DNA of 64,000 bases. It comes from Pecten maximus (taxonomy: Eukaryota). The position numbers were made by a program, and so were the translations under genes. The notes under the pieces were generated by a model. That model was given only the letters and a program-made list of their open reading frames with translations, was not told the DNA's origin and did no database searches. Shown here piece by piece: positions 11,373 to 25,045 of this stretch; within the stretch, counting starts at the first letter, position 1; each line of letters begins with the position of its first letter. The stretch lies in contig NC_047023.1 of the NCBI RefSeq assembly GCF_902652985.1, positions 12,710,001 to 12,774,000 on the forward strand. Direction: 5' to 3'.

Positions 11373-12214
11373 CTGTAAAGAAATCAATGTCACAAATATA
11401 TATATTATGCATGCTCCACATAAAGCTAAAACCAATGATTGAATTGAAAGGCCACCTTGTACAAGATGACAATTCATTATAGAAACATGATAATTATTAT
11501 CATGAGAAATATCATATATGTATATTAAATATACTATCCTTAATTAATTTAAAGGATTGTGCAAAAGATATACTATCGCCATTTAATACAAATTCGTAAG
11601 ATTAAGATAGAATAGAGCCTTGATTGAACTGACATTGGATTGCATCAGTAAGTTGTTTCGTCTTTTTAGTACACGTCAATGACACCAGGGGCTGAACAAG
11701 TTGATCATGCTCTTCAAAACATTTCATTTTCAATAAAAAAAGGAATTTTAACACCAAACATTAGCCCATGAATTTCCTGTGTTGAAACAGACGACCGTCT
11801 TTTCTATATACATTTTTTTACTGAATATATGCCAATTAAAATAAACTTCTTTCTTTAATCATGCAGCTTTTGAGACATCAATCAACATGCACATCATTAA
11901 AGAGTACGTAACCACGATTTTCGTGTCATCACTCATAATTATAAAAGAAATGATCCTCACATTTACAAGACAAATTCCATAAAACGTCTTTAAACAATAT
12001 AGAACTGGTGTATGGAATTCATTTGCTGGCTTTTATGTTGAGCAACGTAGGATTTTCTAACATATTTTCTTAACATATGTTCAACGATATTTGTAGAAGG
12101 AACATCTCGAGGCGTGGAAATTGCCTCATTGTTTGTGACAATCTAGGATTTAGTTCAGACAGAAATTGAAAAAAAGTTGAAACTACAGACATTGGGAAGA
12201 AAGCCTTTTCTTAC

Positions 12215-12941
12215 CTACACGTTGATGTCTATCAGGAGAAGCAAGCTTTGGTCGACCGACACCGACGTCAATAGCTATTTGACTTTTATCTGAATCATAA
12301 AGCACATCATTAGTGAATTCATTGTCTTCTTTTTTCAGTCTTTTCGAGATTTCTTCAAGTGTGATACCATCGTGTTCACTTTTAAGCTTCCAACTGTGAT
12401 TAGATATTGCGATTTTCCGTGATCCCTCTGCAGTGTTATACCGACCTTCTGCTTTGCGGTTGGTAATAATGTCGGCGTCGCCTTTGGAGAGCATTTCCGT
12501 TAACCGATTCGATAGGATCGCGATATCTTTAGCATATTTATCAACATCTTGTGTTACACGTTTTGAAGTTACCCCATTGTCTCTGCTGGTGCACCTATCC
12601 GCCATTTCCTGAAGTGTTTGAGACAATACTTGTATATCTTTTGTACGATGCTTGTTCATTTCCTGTATACGGTTGTTGAACAATCGTGCATCATTAGCGC
12701 GTTTATCTTCTACTTCCTGTAAACGCTTGACAAGTATCTCCACGTCTTTGGTATGCAACTGTTCTACTTCCTTAACACGATCCATCAGTTGTTTGACATC
12801 TCTCGCCCTTTCTTCCGCTAGATCCTTGATTTTTGTAGATATAGATTTGTCGATAGCAGCCTGTATTTCTGGTGTGAGAGCAATATCGGATGTGAATGCT
12901 GTTGTGAGCACAGAAATGAGAACGAATGCCATTAACATCAT
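12215..12941 (-). CDS. C1qDC protein, exon 1: signal peptide + coiled coil (spliced product 384 aa, or 392 aa with the donor at 12191)
   Basis: Hydrophobic N-terminus MMLMAFVLISVLTTAFTS, amphipathic repeats; donor AG|GTAAGA at 12215/12214 is phase 1, matching exon 2. Confidence 0.88.
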
Positions 12942-14426
12942 TGTGCTACTTCAAATAGCGCTATTCTGCTAGCACAAACACACAGGTTGAGCCCTTTCTT
13001 ATCTTACAATGATTTGAATGAGGTCAGTATGATAAAATCTGTAAGATCAAATCATACCACCTGTCCATGTTAAAAACTTCGTTGTGTGCTGCGATGCGGC
13101 GTAAAACAATTGAGACGAATTGACGGAAACCATCGTGTTATGTAGAACGATATGATGGGCTATTGACACAATTTTCTTTGTTACATTGATTATATAAGTT
13201 CTGTTATGAACATTATGCGTCCCTATGGTCGAATACTTTATCAAGCATTCCATGTCTTATCTCTCGCCATAGAAAGCGACAAGCTATTAACTAAGTTATG
13301 AAATCGCGATATTCGTTCAACATTAATGATAACACGGATTAAATTCGAAATATTGACAATTTTCATTCTGGTTTGAACTGTTACAAATTATATCACTAAT
13401 TTTTACTAATAATAAAATATAACTTAAACTTAAAGAATATGATAAACCCAAAGATGTCCCGGACAGACAATAACTTATATTATGTATGGCATGTCACGTT
13501 TACAAGATAAAATTCTTGATTCACTTCCTCTTTATTTTCCTTTCCTATTTGTTGACTAGTTAATGAACGAGAAGATGAAAAAAAAAGTCAATGAAATATA
13601 CTTGACGGATATGTTAACATTAAGAGCTTAGAATGTACAAATCCTTAAATTTTATTGTATTGTAACAGGACGAAAAATTATCCTAGAACTATAAAATTGT
13701 ACAAAAATACCCACAAGTGGTTGCAGTGTATGCCAGAAGTCAATGAAAATAATCAATTATCCCGTTACATGCAAATGTTTCAAGTTATCAAAGAAGGGTT
13801 GAGTTAGATTACATTTATGAAGCCGATTTATGTCATATGACGATATATATCCTTATCCACAAAAAGGTCTTTCGTAATGAACCATTGTATTATAGGATCA
13901 GCTATCAGTAGTTTGAATTCCAGGTTCAAGCACTATTCCAGTTCAGCTAACATTTCGATTTTCATACCTATGTCAGATTTTGTCATACCTGATTGGGCAC
14001 CAGGTAAATTCCAGAATAAGTTACATTTTCTAGGTTTCAAAACTATCAGTTTACACTACCATAATGTCCACTGCGCAGATGTAAATTATCTCTTTTATAA
14101 GATAATGATTTGATACGATATGTACATTTTGATATATATGCAAAAACACAGAACTTGTATTGCTTAATCAATAGTTGTCTCCTAGCTGCCCCTTATCATA
14201 TGAAACAGTTAGTTTGCATGTGTCTGCTTGAGCTGTCAGTGTTGTTATAGCAAGTATATGTGTTTTCCTTTTATTTTACCAATAATCCCAAAATTGGTTG
14301 GACTTGAAGACACCTAATCCCAAGGTTAACACGTAACGCAATTACCACCAAAAAACCTTCCGTCCCTGGTGTGTTTTGTTACAGCTAACAATGGGATTAA
14401 TACATTTAGCATCGTTGTTAACCAAT

Positions 14427-14888
14427 GGTCCTGAGGCTCACGGACAGAGACCGTGGGGGCGATTGGTGCAGAGGATCTCGTTTCGGCGCAAAAATAGCAA
14501 CCAATCAAATACCACCAGACATATTAAACTTCGGACCTCTTTTGTGTGAAAAATATCGTAGGAATCATTGCAGCCGCCACCAAAACATGCAATACGTGTA
14601 CTACAAATAGTCAATGGCCATTTTTAATAGACAAATACACATCTTATTTATTCATGAATGTCCATGTGAATGTCCGATTTTTGTAAGTCTTAAGACTTAT
14701 GCATTTGAAACAGTTCCCTTATCGCAAGATAATCCCTCATGGAGGCCGTCGTCATTGTATATAGTTGAACCGAAACACTGAAGAAAGCGGTCTTCTGATT
14801 GGTCAAAATTCCATAAGAAATATTTTTCTGGAAACTATGAAAAGTGTACCACTCGTCCACGTGATCTATGTCCGTGAGCGTCTAGACC
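14427..14888. mobile_element. ~460-bp MITE-like element with imperfect 24-bp TIRs
   Basis: GGTCCTGAGGCTCACGGACAGAGA versus reverse complement of the right end GGTCTAGACGCTCACGGACATAGA (20/24). Confidence 0.6.
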
Positions 14889-15486
14889 GCAGAGTACCAA
14901 CGATCACTTACTATGAACCGAATTAACATTGAGGAAATTAAAACGCACTTTACAATAAGAATAAATAATAACTACAAAATCGATTGTTATCATGCCCTAC
15001 TATCAGTTTGAACTCTCGTTTTTAAACTGATGACTTATGAAGTCCAGGTTGGAATCTAATAATCAAATACTCCAAAGTTATTAATATTGTATGAGGCGAC
15101 GACACGGGATTCCGTGACGAGGCAGAGAGGTGAATTATTGAGGAAGGATTCCTGTTGATTGAACACCCTCCCATACAAAAATGAACACAATTTATGAAAC
15201 ATGCGGGCAATTAAAAACTAATCTTGACATTTGTGCGTGTAGTTGACAGATTTCATATCGCCAAAAAGTGTTTTTTTCATTATCTAACAACATATTAATG
15301 ATACATGCGATTGTTTACAATTAGGTTCAAACATAATATCACGTTATTTATTTCAAAAGAAGCACAGTTCCTAACATTGAAGTTGATTTAATGAAATTGA
15401 TTTTCTTAAAATAGCTTCATTATGTCTATAAATCAACCGGAGTATAATAATCAGCCCGAATGTATTTGATAGCACAAACATAAACT

Positions 15487-17050
15487 AAAATAAACAACTA
15501 CAACCAAGGTACCTTAAATCAACAACTACAACCCAGGTTACCTTAAATTAACAACTACAACCTAGGTTACCTTAAATCAACAACTACAACCCAGGTTACC
15601 TTAAAACAACAACTACAACCCAGGTTACCTTAAATCAACAACTACAACCCAGGTTACCTTAAAACAACAACTACAACCTAGGTTACCTTAAAACAACAAC
15701 TACAACCCAGGTTACCTTAAAACAACAACTACAACCCAGGTTACCTTAAAACAACAACTACAACCTAGGTTACCTTAAAACAACAACTACAACCCAGGTT
15801 ACCTTAAAACAACAACTACAACCAAGGTACCTTAAAACAACAACTACAACCTAGGTTACCTTAAATCAACATCTACAACCCAGGTAACCTTAAAACAACA
15901 ACTACAACCCTAGGTAACCTTAAAACAACAACTACAACCCAGGTTACCTTAAAACAACAACTACAACCCAGGTTACCTTAAATCAACAACTACAACCTAG
16001 GTTACCTTAAAACAACAACTACAACCTAAGGTACCTTAAATCAACAACTACAACCCAGGTAACCTTAAAACAACAACTACAACCCAGGTAACCTTAAAAC
16101 AACAACTACAAGCCAGGTAACCTTAAAACAACAACTACAACCAAGGTTACCTTAAAACAACAACTACAACCCAAGGTTACCTTAAAACAACAACTACAAC
16201 CCAGGTTACCTTAAAACAACAACTACAACCTAGGTAACCTTAAAACAACAACTACAACCTAGGTTACCTTAAAACAACAACTACAACCCAGGTTACCTTA
16301 AAATCAACAACTACAACCCAAGGTACCTTAAAACAACAACTACATACCAAGGTTACCTTTAAAATCAACAACTACAAACCTAGGTTACCTTAAAACAACA
16401 ACTACAACCTAGGTAACCTTTAAATCAACAACTACATACACATAGGTTACCTTAAAATCAACAAACTACAACCCTAGGTTAACCTTTAAATCAACAACTA
16501 CAACCCAGGTACCTTAAAACAACAACTACAACCAAGGTTACCTTAAAACAACAACTACAACCCAGGTTACCTTAAATCAACAACTACAACCTAGGTAACC
16601 TTAAAACAACAACTACAACCCAGGTTACCTTAAAATCAACAACTACAACCCAAGTTACCTTAAAACAACAACTACAACCCAGGTTACCTTAAAACAACAA
16701 CTACAAGCCAGGTAACCTTAAAACAACAACTACAACCCAGGTTACCTAAAACAACAAATACAACCCATGTAATCTTAAAACAACAATTACAGCCCATGTT
16801 ACCTTAAATAAACAACTACAACCAAGATAACCTGAGATCAACAACTACAACCCAGGTTACCTTAAAACAACAATTACAACCCAGATAACCTTAAAACAAC
16901 AACTACAACCCAGGTTACCTTAAATAACAAATACAACCATGGCTACCTTAAAACAACAACTACCATCCAGGTAACCTTAAACCAACAACTATTACCCAGG
17001 TTACCTTAAATTAACAACTACAACCCAGGTTATCTTAAAACAACAACTAC
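15487..17050. repeat. 29-bp tandem satellite (AAAACAACAACTACAACCCAGGTTACCTT), ~54 copies
   Basis: Visible 29-bp periodicity; each unit carries an AGGTWACCT quasi-palindrome; no unique spacers. Confidence 0.95.
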
Positions 17051-17715
17051 CTTCCAGTTGATTACGACGCCTTCAATCGAAAAAAACAACAAAAAACAAT
17101 ATATATACATATACAATGTATATTTCAATACGCATTTTATTTGAATTATGCTGCCCGTGAATATCAGCCATGTTGCCCCAAACTTCAGTGTTCAGAAGAG
17201 ACTCGTCTCAATATGAGGACGGTGGTATATAGCCACGGCCACCTATCAACCAGCTCTAGCCTTCGGTTATGACAAGACAGGGTAGCGTGTCCGTTTCCGG
17301 TATGAGTAGGCGTCTACGAAAAAAATGTGATCCGTGTTAAATATTACCTATGACAGAAAACAAATAAAAAGGGAAATTAAACCGACAAGTGGGTTTTTGG
17401 GGACGTTTCTTAAATTTTCGTAGGAAGTGAAGCATTATAATTTGAATGCAAACCAGAAATTGTCTACTTTGAACTCTCCTTCCGTGCACTTCATTTTTAT
17501 AACGAACATGTACTTGCTTGACCGTAAAATGCCGTTTATGAAATGCAATGTCAACAAATATGAAACAGGTGTAAATATGTCATATCAAGTCGACGGAATG
17601 ATGTAGGTATCATTACCGCGTTTTCGTGTTCTAACATAGTCAAGGGTAATTAATAGGAATTGTCACTGAATAAGATCACCATCACATTAGAAATCATCGT
17701 TTTTTTTTAGCAGAT

Positions 17716-17965
17716 AACAAGTGTTTGTTTATCTATATCAACAAACGTGCTTGCATCCTAAATAAATGATGGCCATTTTGTTACAATGTGAAACTGATGT
17801 TACGGATTGACCGTTGTCCTATGGTGTACCTATATACCAAATTCATCAAAATCGGACGATATTCAAATTTTGACCAATCAGAGGCCAGGAAATTGCCGCC
17901 ATTTTCTTTAAATTAAAAACTGAGGTTACAAAAATGAATGATGTTCAATGGTGTATCTACATTCT
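17716..17965 (+). mobile_element. Helentron-associated (HINE/DINE-like) repeat fragment
   Basis: AACAAG start, GGCCATTTT, TATACCAAATTCATCAAAATCGG and TTGACCAATCAG motifs, recognised from memory as typical of such elements. Confidence 0.4.
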
Positions 17966-20788
17966 TGATAACCCGTCCTACGCAATACTTTCATATTTCC
18001 GCCATAGCAGTTCCCCATAGCAAATCATCCGGCAGCTTTTTATGTGGTACGGCCAGTGTGGAACGTCTTGAAAAATCGGTGACTGAACTTTACGTCTTCT
18101 GTTAAGCGGACATTTATTAATTCAAATTTGACATGCCATCCCACTGGCACTGTAGTCGTTTATTTTCATCCTTATGTACTTTCCATTCTGTTGATCATCT
18201 CTGGGAAACCTTCTGTAAGCGGCGTTCAGCGTTGGTTGAACGTTTACCCTTAAATAAAGCCAAACAAATTTCTAAACCTATTGCTTTCAAGCCTTTCAGC
18301 AACAAACAAACGCTACAATCAATACATGTAACTGAAAGTGAAGAACCCTGCTGGTCGATCAGCTGCCGTAATTGCAGTCTCTGGGGTCTGTCTTCCCTCT
18401 GTTCACTGTCTGTTTGTTTTTCTGTATTCTCTACTCTTTGATTAGTGTCCCCTTACATGAACGTCTCCGAATGATTATGAGTTTAACTACTAAAAACGTT
18501 CAATTTCAAGTCATATACAAGACAAGCGTCGCCAATGAAGCATGAAGCAAACGATGTTTGTCACTTTGTCTGCACCTCATCATTTGTCATTAGAAATTAT
18601 GACGTCATTAGTTATCTAATATGTTTGGTGTTTATTGCAGGAAGCAGTTAACTGATATTTTGTAATCATATTATTAGAGAGAATTAAACAGTGATAATGT
18701 CTTCTTCAGAACCTACATTTCTTATTGATGAGTTTCTTCTTAACATTGACGACTCTCACCATTTCTGCTGGGTTTTCATTTTACCCTTATTTGCTTAAAC
18801 GACCATAATTTCTACAGACATCATCTCCATTGTGAATTATTCGGAAAGCCTTAAATGACCATAAACAGTCAAGTGTAATTGAAGCCGACTTCAGTAGTAG
18901 CTAATTGGTAAGGAAAGGTCAATGGAAAACTATAAACTTCACTTTCAGATGTTGTAAATCAAAACTTAACTATTACGCAGATTATTTCGCTAAGGAATTC
19001 ATTGCTTTCCAGACTGGAAATGTTGACAGCATTTCCTTAACCTGATTGATCTTTTCAACAAATATTATATATTCTGTTAATCTTATTCTAAGACAATCAA
19101 CAATAGTCATTGTTTACTTCTTCACACCGTGCCTTATATATATATGAAATAATTATACAGGTTTTCTCTATGGTATAATAAGGAGACCGCATACAAACCA
19201 TTTTGTGATAAATTGAATGAAATTAGCATTCCGAAACACGTGGGAAAGGATAAGAGTATGCATTGCCTTGCGTATTACCGATATGCGACAAATTGGAATT
19301 CAAGGTATGGTAGAACAGTTTATTAAAAACATTAATGATCAGGGAACTACTGGAAAAGCAAATATTATATTGTTTAATATTGTTTATGTAAACTGCATAT
19401 GTATAGATATTTTATATGACACCCTTACCGCATAATGTTGAAATATCTGCAAAAATGCTGTTTACACATCAGTCAACAATAACAGCGAAAACTTATTCAA
19501 TTCAATTTATTTCCAAATGCTACATAGCATATAGGATTCCAAGATACACATATATATATATACCAATTCATGCATACAAAATGGCGGAGAACAAATTCTG
19601 ACTATTACTGAGCGAAACAAAAATTATAAAATACAGGTCAATCAAACCAATTTGTCGAGAAAGATTGTCAAGTACAGAAACTAAACTGAATATAGTTCCA
19701 CAATGACGTCCTTTATTATTCAATTTTTAAAAATGATTTTCATCTTTAATTCACATATTATTTTTACTGCATCATAGTTTATATATGAAAAATGAATGGA
19801 ACCAAAAATTTAAAAATAACATGGCCTCAGACCTCAATTAATTTCCCACTTTATTCTACAAAAGAAAAATCAAAATTAAAATATTTCAGAATTTTGTAAA
19901 AAAAAATCTGGTGTTCACCTTGTAGAAATATTCAAGCTGAACCTACAGTGAGCTGAAAAAAAACACCTCATGGCCTGCATTTAAGAAAGATATTTATATT
20001 TAAGTGTAACCACTGTACTATATTGTGGGAAAATCAAGAAAATTTCCAAATATTAATACTCTGCCACACAAACAAACATGAACATGTGGTGTCAAAACAA
20101 AATTCTATAACTAGAATAAATATTGCAATATAAATCTAAGTTAAAATTATGCACATATCTATAACAGCTAAGTCAGGAACAAATATTTAGTAACAGCCCT
20201 GAAAATTCCATATGTACTACATTCCAAAAACATCTAACTCATCTTATAGTAGTGTCATGTATTCCTTCTGTAGTGGTTTCGACGGGGGGAAAAGTCAAAT
20301 GACGAGAGAATTTCATCAATGGAAGCGGCCATTTTGAAATGGGTGTGAGAATCATTGACCAATCAAATGCTTTACCAAAATTTTGGTACGCCTCGTTCTA
20401 ACTTAGCAAAACGATATGGAGACTTTGGCCACAACTCTTTGTGTGGCGTAACATGCGCAGTCATAAGAGTCTGGTTGAACGAGACTAGGGCGGATATCAT
20501 CAAAGACAACTACCGGTAGGTTATACCGCAGTTATTAAATGCCATGGCTTCTAAATACAAATTAATCTATAAATTAGGGTCTGATTAGCAATTAAACCCC
20601 ATGATCCTGAGTAGATAAAACACGTTATCGTTATCCCTATTGTCAATCAAGGCATTTGTGGGAGAGGCATGAAAACTTGCCGCGGGGGTCACGACAAACA
20701 CCTGTCCAGTGGTCAGTACAGGTACATTTGTTGTTCGAACCATGATATGTCAGTTACCTTTAATATCATAGCTAACGGTCCATGAAAA

Positions 20789-20936
20789 ACGTTCGATACA
20801 TCGAAAACTTCGATTTATAAAAATTCGAATCATACAAAGGTTCGTTAGTAGTGTTATATAGTGAGAAAATTCGGGACCAAGCAAAAAGTTTGGAGAAATT
20901 CGAATAAACGAAGTTCGAATCATCGAGGTTTGACAG
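20789..20936. mobile_element. Right end of a pogo/Tigger-type MITE
   Basis: Repeated TTCGA motifs, GGGACC, and terminus TCGAGGTTTGACAG-TA; same layout as the 2300-3507 element; left TIR not found. Confidence 0.55.
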
Positions 20937-21030
20937 TATATATTGCACACTGAAATCATAATGTATGGATGGTTTAAGCAATAACCTCAACATATTATCA
21001 TTTTGAAACCAGCAGGTGGAATGTTAATTT

Positions 21031-21219
21031 GTTTAGGACTTCTTACTAGAGCACTTTAATGTGTAAAGGACTCTAGACTAAAGCACTTTGATGTGTGAAT
21101 GACTCCATAATGAGTGCTTTGATGTGTTTAGGACTTCTTACTAGAGCGCTTTGGTTTGTTTAGGATTTCAGACTTAGGCACTTTGAACTGTAAAGGACTC
21201 CAGGCTAGAGCACTTTGAT
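21031..21219. repeat. Degenerate ~32-bp tandem repeat, ~6 copies
   Basis: Unit about GGACTYYWGACTAGAGCACTTTGATGTGTWWA. Confidence 0.8.
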
Positions 21220-23445
21220 TAACTTACACACGCGTCTATTGGACATACGAAGTCGGCCAAGGTGTTGTAGCAAATATTTGTGAAAGAGGTTTCTGTTTTG
21301 CAATATTTATACAAATGAAGATCTTGTGTTATAAACACCTCCTTCATGTTGTAATTGTCCTGTGAAGTGTTATGGCTGTTTCAATACACTTTTAATGGCA
21401 TTTTCAATTGTATTTAATGGCTAAAACACTTGAAACGAAGTGCTTCTTTATATTTAGCCAACGAGTTATAAGTATTTTCCACCAGACAGCATCATAACTC
21501 AGGTAACAGAAGCAGGTTTTAATTGCTTTCGAATTGACAAAATATACATATCTACGAATAGATTACTTACTTAACGGACATAAATTCCAACCGTTAAGTG
21601 TATGCATCCCACTAACAAGTATAAATACGAAATAAATTATGCGGTTTTCATTTTCTTCCTCTGTGTTCTAAAGTTTGAAATTGTTGAGCGTCATTAGAGG
21701 AATTAGCATTCTACCTGCATCATAGAGATTTAAAACAAACACAGTAATGTCCACATTTGCTTATTTAAGCACTGTTTTAATCGTTTACAGCTCCATTGAA
21801 ATTGACCTGCTTTGACCCAACGGGTGCCGTTTTCAAAATAAAAATAAATGTTAAAAACTGAGTTTTCGAATTCAAACCTTCAATCTATAATATATAAATA
21901 TTATCATCTGAGAGAAATGTATTTGTTGATTGCAATGGAATTTTCATTAAATGACCATAAAATTGCACCATCGGGCTATTTGCAACTTTCGATGGGGGTT
22001 TTCCCGCATTCAAATAATGTTTCGACAATTTTGTTTACAATGGCTTATCATATGTACCAAAAGCTAACTAAAATTCTTTTCTCAAAAAGTGGTCCTCCGA
22101 TGATCTGGTATTGAAATATTGAAAATTTAAACTTAATATTTCAATAAATTGGATTGCTCATACGGTAGAACCAACACTTAGCAGCCCGAGGGTTCGGAGT
22201 TCGAAACATCAAGATGTGTATTTTCATATTTTGCTATGTTTCGTAAAACCAAAATGTTGAGATGTAAAATTATCGCATGAAAAAAATAATAATAAAATAA
22301 TAACCGATTTACTCCGTATCGTTATAAAAAGAAAGGAAAACAATCTGCAGCGTCGACTAGAGGCATAACTGGATTGGTAGTGTAAAGTTCCTATTTAATT
22401 TGTCAATTTTACTTTATAACCCATTCACAACGCACAGCGCGAAAATGGACCAAATCACTAAGGACACGTGATATTTCAGCTGTATTTGCAGCCCAGACTA
22501 TCGCTCTACGTGACCTAGGTCAGGATGAGCGGAAAAGACTATACGTCTTTTCATTACTAAGTATGCACTCTAGCATGAGATCTAGAATGTGACCCTATCT
22601 ATACATCAATGTATCTGAACCGCCGATAGACAACGCAATGACAGCAGTTCCCATTCACTTGGTCACAAACAGACATCAGTCGACCATTATTTACGGAATT
22701 GCATCCTTACGGAGACGTTATTGTCTAGAAAAGGCCTCATATTAATTACATTAGTGTAACACTACCGATAATTCTATCCCCATTAATCACGATGTCCCAA
22801 GTCGTTATAACAACTATACTTTTACAATGGATGTGACGTGTTCATTGTTGTGACCCTTAGCATCAGTAGCGCCCTCTACCAGTGATCTGTAGCGCCGAGT
22901 AACAAGTCATTATGTCTGTGTGAACGTGTTGTGTTGGATAAGTGATGTAGTGCCTTCCGTATATATTGTCTAAGGTGTCTATTTTAGTGGCAATTAATGT
23001 GTTTCTGTTTCTAAAAGAACCTAATATAAGGACCGTTCATCTTTCAGTTCGAATATACCTTGTTTAGCTAAAGTCATTTTTATGTGTTAAATTGTCTTAC
23101 AACTTACAATATACGTAATTTCTTGAGCATAACAATGATGACTCTCAATGGCTTTCTTAGGTATAAAACCGATAGAGCAAGATAGTATATGTTGTACACG
23201 TTCAGGGTTAAAATGTTCTTAGCGGCGAAACTTTCATTATTAATCATACAATCGCATTTAAGTTCATTGAGACTTTCGACGACTCTGACATCGGCTATAT
23301 GTAACTGTAGTACCATTTATTTTTTTTAAATTACTGAACTCTTCAGTTTTATATTAAAAAAGAGTAAAACAAATGCTATGATACAACTGTTAAAAAGTTG
23401 AAACTTAACTAATAGTTAAAAGGTACAACAAGTTAGTAGTGAAAA

Positions 23446-23854
23446 CTGTAAATGTAGCTTATTTGGTGTACTCAAATTTTAGAGCAAAATCAAATTAAAA
23501 GAGATTAGCAGTATAATGAATTAGCGCACCAACAATGATTGGCTTAAAAACCAATGTAGATAAACTGCTATTAGCACAATCATGATTTAGCTGAATGCTT
23601 CTATCGCGAAAAACGCTAAAATAAGACTACCGCTAAATTAAGATAACCCCTAAAGTAAGACTTACCCATAAAATAAGACTTACCTCTAAAATAAGACTTA
23701 CCCCTAAAATAAGACTTACCGCTAAAATAAGAAAACTGCTAAAATAAGATTACCGCTAAATAAGATAAATGCTAAAATAAGATAACCGCTAAAAGAAGAT
23801 AACCGCTAAAATAAGATAACCGCTAAAATAAGATAACCGCTAAACCATGTACAG
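23446..23854. mobile_element. MITE-like element (CTGTA...TACAG) with internal 17-18-bp tandem amplification
   Basis: Ends CTGTAAATG / CATGTACAG; about 13 copies of AAAATAAGA(CTT/TA)ACCGCT at ~23612-23844. Confidence 0.65.
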
Positions 23855-24844
23855 TTATGATACAGATATAGCTTGCCTGAAACACAAGGTGGTCGTTAAT
23901 CCCTTTATTGCGTACTTACTAAACGGCTGCAGGAGGGATTTGTTCCTGTCCATAGACCTAAACTCCGAATTCAATTAACATTCAGACAAAATAATAATGC
24001 TATACTGTCAAATTATGTCTGATGGCGGAATCGCTAAAATAAACGAACTTGGTTTGAACAAGACGGGGGAAATCTTGGGAGAACTTAGTTGGTCTGTGTT
24101 TGGACTGTAATTATTTGAAGATCCGGTATATCTTGAGGCGTTACAATGTCTTGTGTTTCTGAAGCTCGCCTAATGAGACGGTATGAAAACGCCACGGTAA
24201 GCGAAATGGTAGGTAGTGCATATATGTGAACAGGAAGATTTTCACTTAACACATCAATATTGCTTTAAATCAAGGAGACGGCTAAAAGGATTTTTATTAG
24301 GAGTTGATATGTCTATTTTCATTGCAATAACATCCATCAATAGGTATTTATCAACGGTTAAATGTGGTTCTACTAATTTTCGGTATTTTTTTTCGGGTAA
24401 CATACGATTGTCAGATTTCTTTTACAGCAAATATCGATACAGAGTCAGTTTTAGTAGAACTAGTCTCCGAGGGGATAGATTACGTGGTTAGAGGGGCATT
24501 TTTTCGTTTGGACATCAGAAACGTGCACAATTTCTATTGATGAAATCTATGTCCGAATGATGATTATATGAGTGTCTGTGTCCTTCAAGTAATGAAATTA
24601 ACGCCGAAATATCAAAGAAGAATGTGTATCGTATACAAATACCGTATGTCTTTGCGATAATTAGTGATACTTCGGGTCGGATTTAGAATTTTCAGGACTT
24701 AATACTCGAAGAACTTTGGTTTATCTTCATTAAACGGCCTTATTAATGTAAAGATGATAACTTTTACAACTTGGAAGAAATAGGTATTTTACAGTAAGTT
24801 TAATTTTGAAGACCTAAACTTTATTCAAACGAAGGAATACCCTT

Positions 24845-25045
24845 TTAAGGTGTCCCGACAATTTATCACTAGCCACCCATCTCTTGGTTGCGAGTTCGAA
24901 ACCCACGTGGGACAGTGGCCTAGTGTCGACCGTAGGTCGTCGTTTTTTTTCTACGTGTACTCCGACTTTCATCCACCTCCAAAACCTAGCACGTCCTTAA
25001 ATCACCCTGGCTGTTAGTAGGACAAAAACAAAATAAACCAAACCG
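24845..25045 (+). mobile_element. tRNA-derived V-domain SINE, 5'-truncated copy (family A)
   Basis: Aligns by eye to the reverse complement of 49311-49528; B box GTTCGAAAC; AAACC-type tail. Confidence 0.85.

Noticed and set aside
11373-11472. N-terminal part of the 175-aa C1q ORF
   Set aside because: Intron read-through upstream of the acceptor at 11373.
12114-12125. NF-kB-like site in the C1q intron
   Set aside because: Imperfect single match, expected by chance.
15487-17050. CRISPR-like 29-bp palindromic repeats
   Set aside because: Units are contiguous with no unique spacers, no cas genes, eukaryotic context.
22150-22210. tRNA gene
   Set aside because: Only degenerate A/B-box-like fragments; no acceptor stem or terminator.
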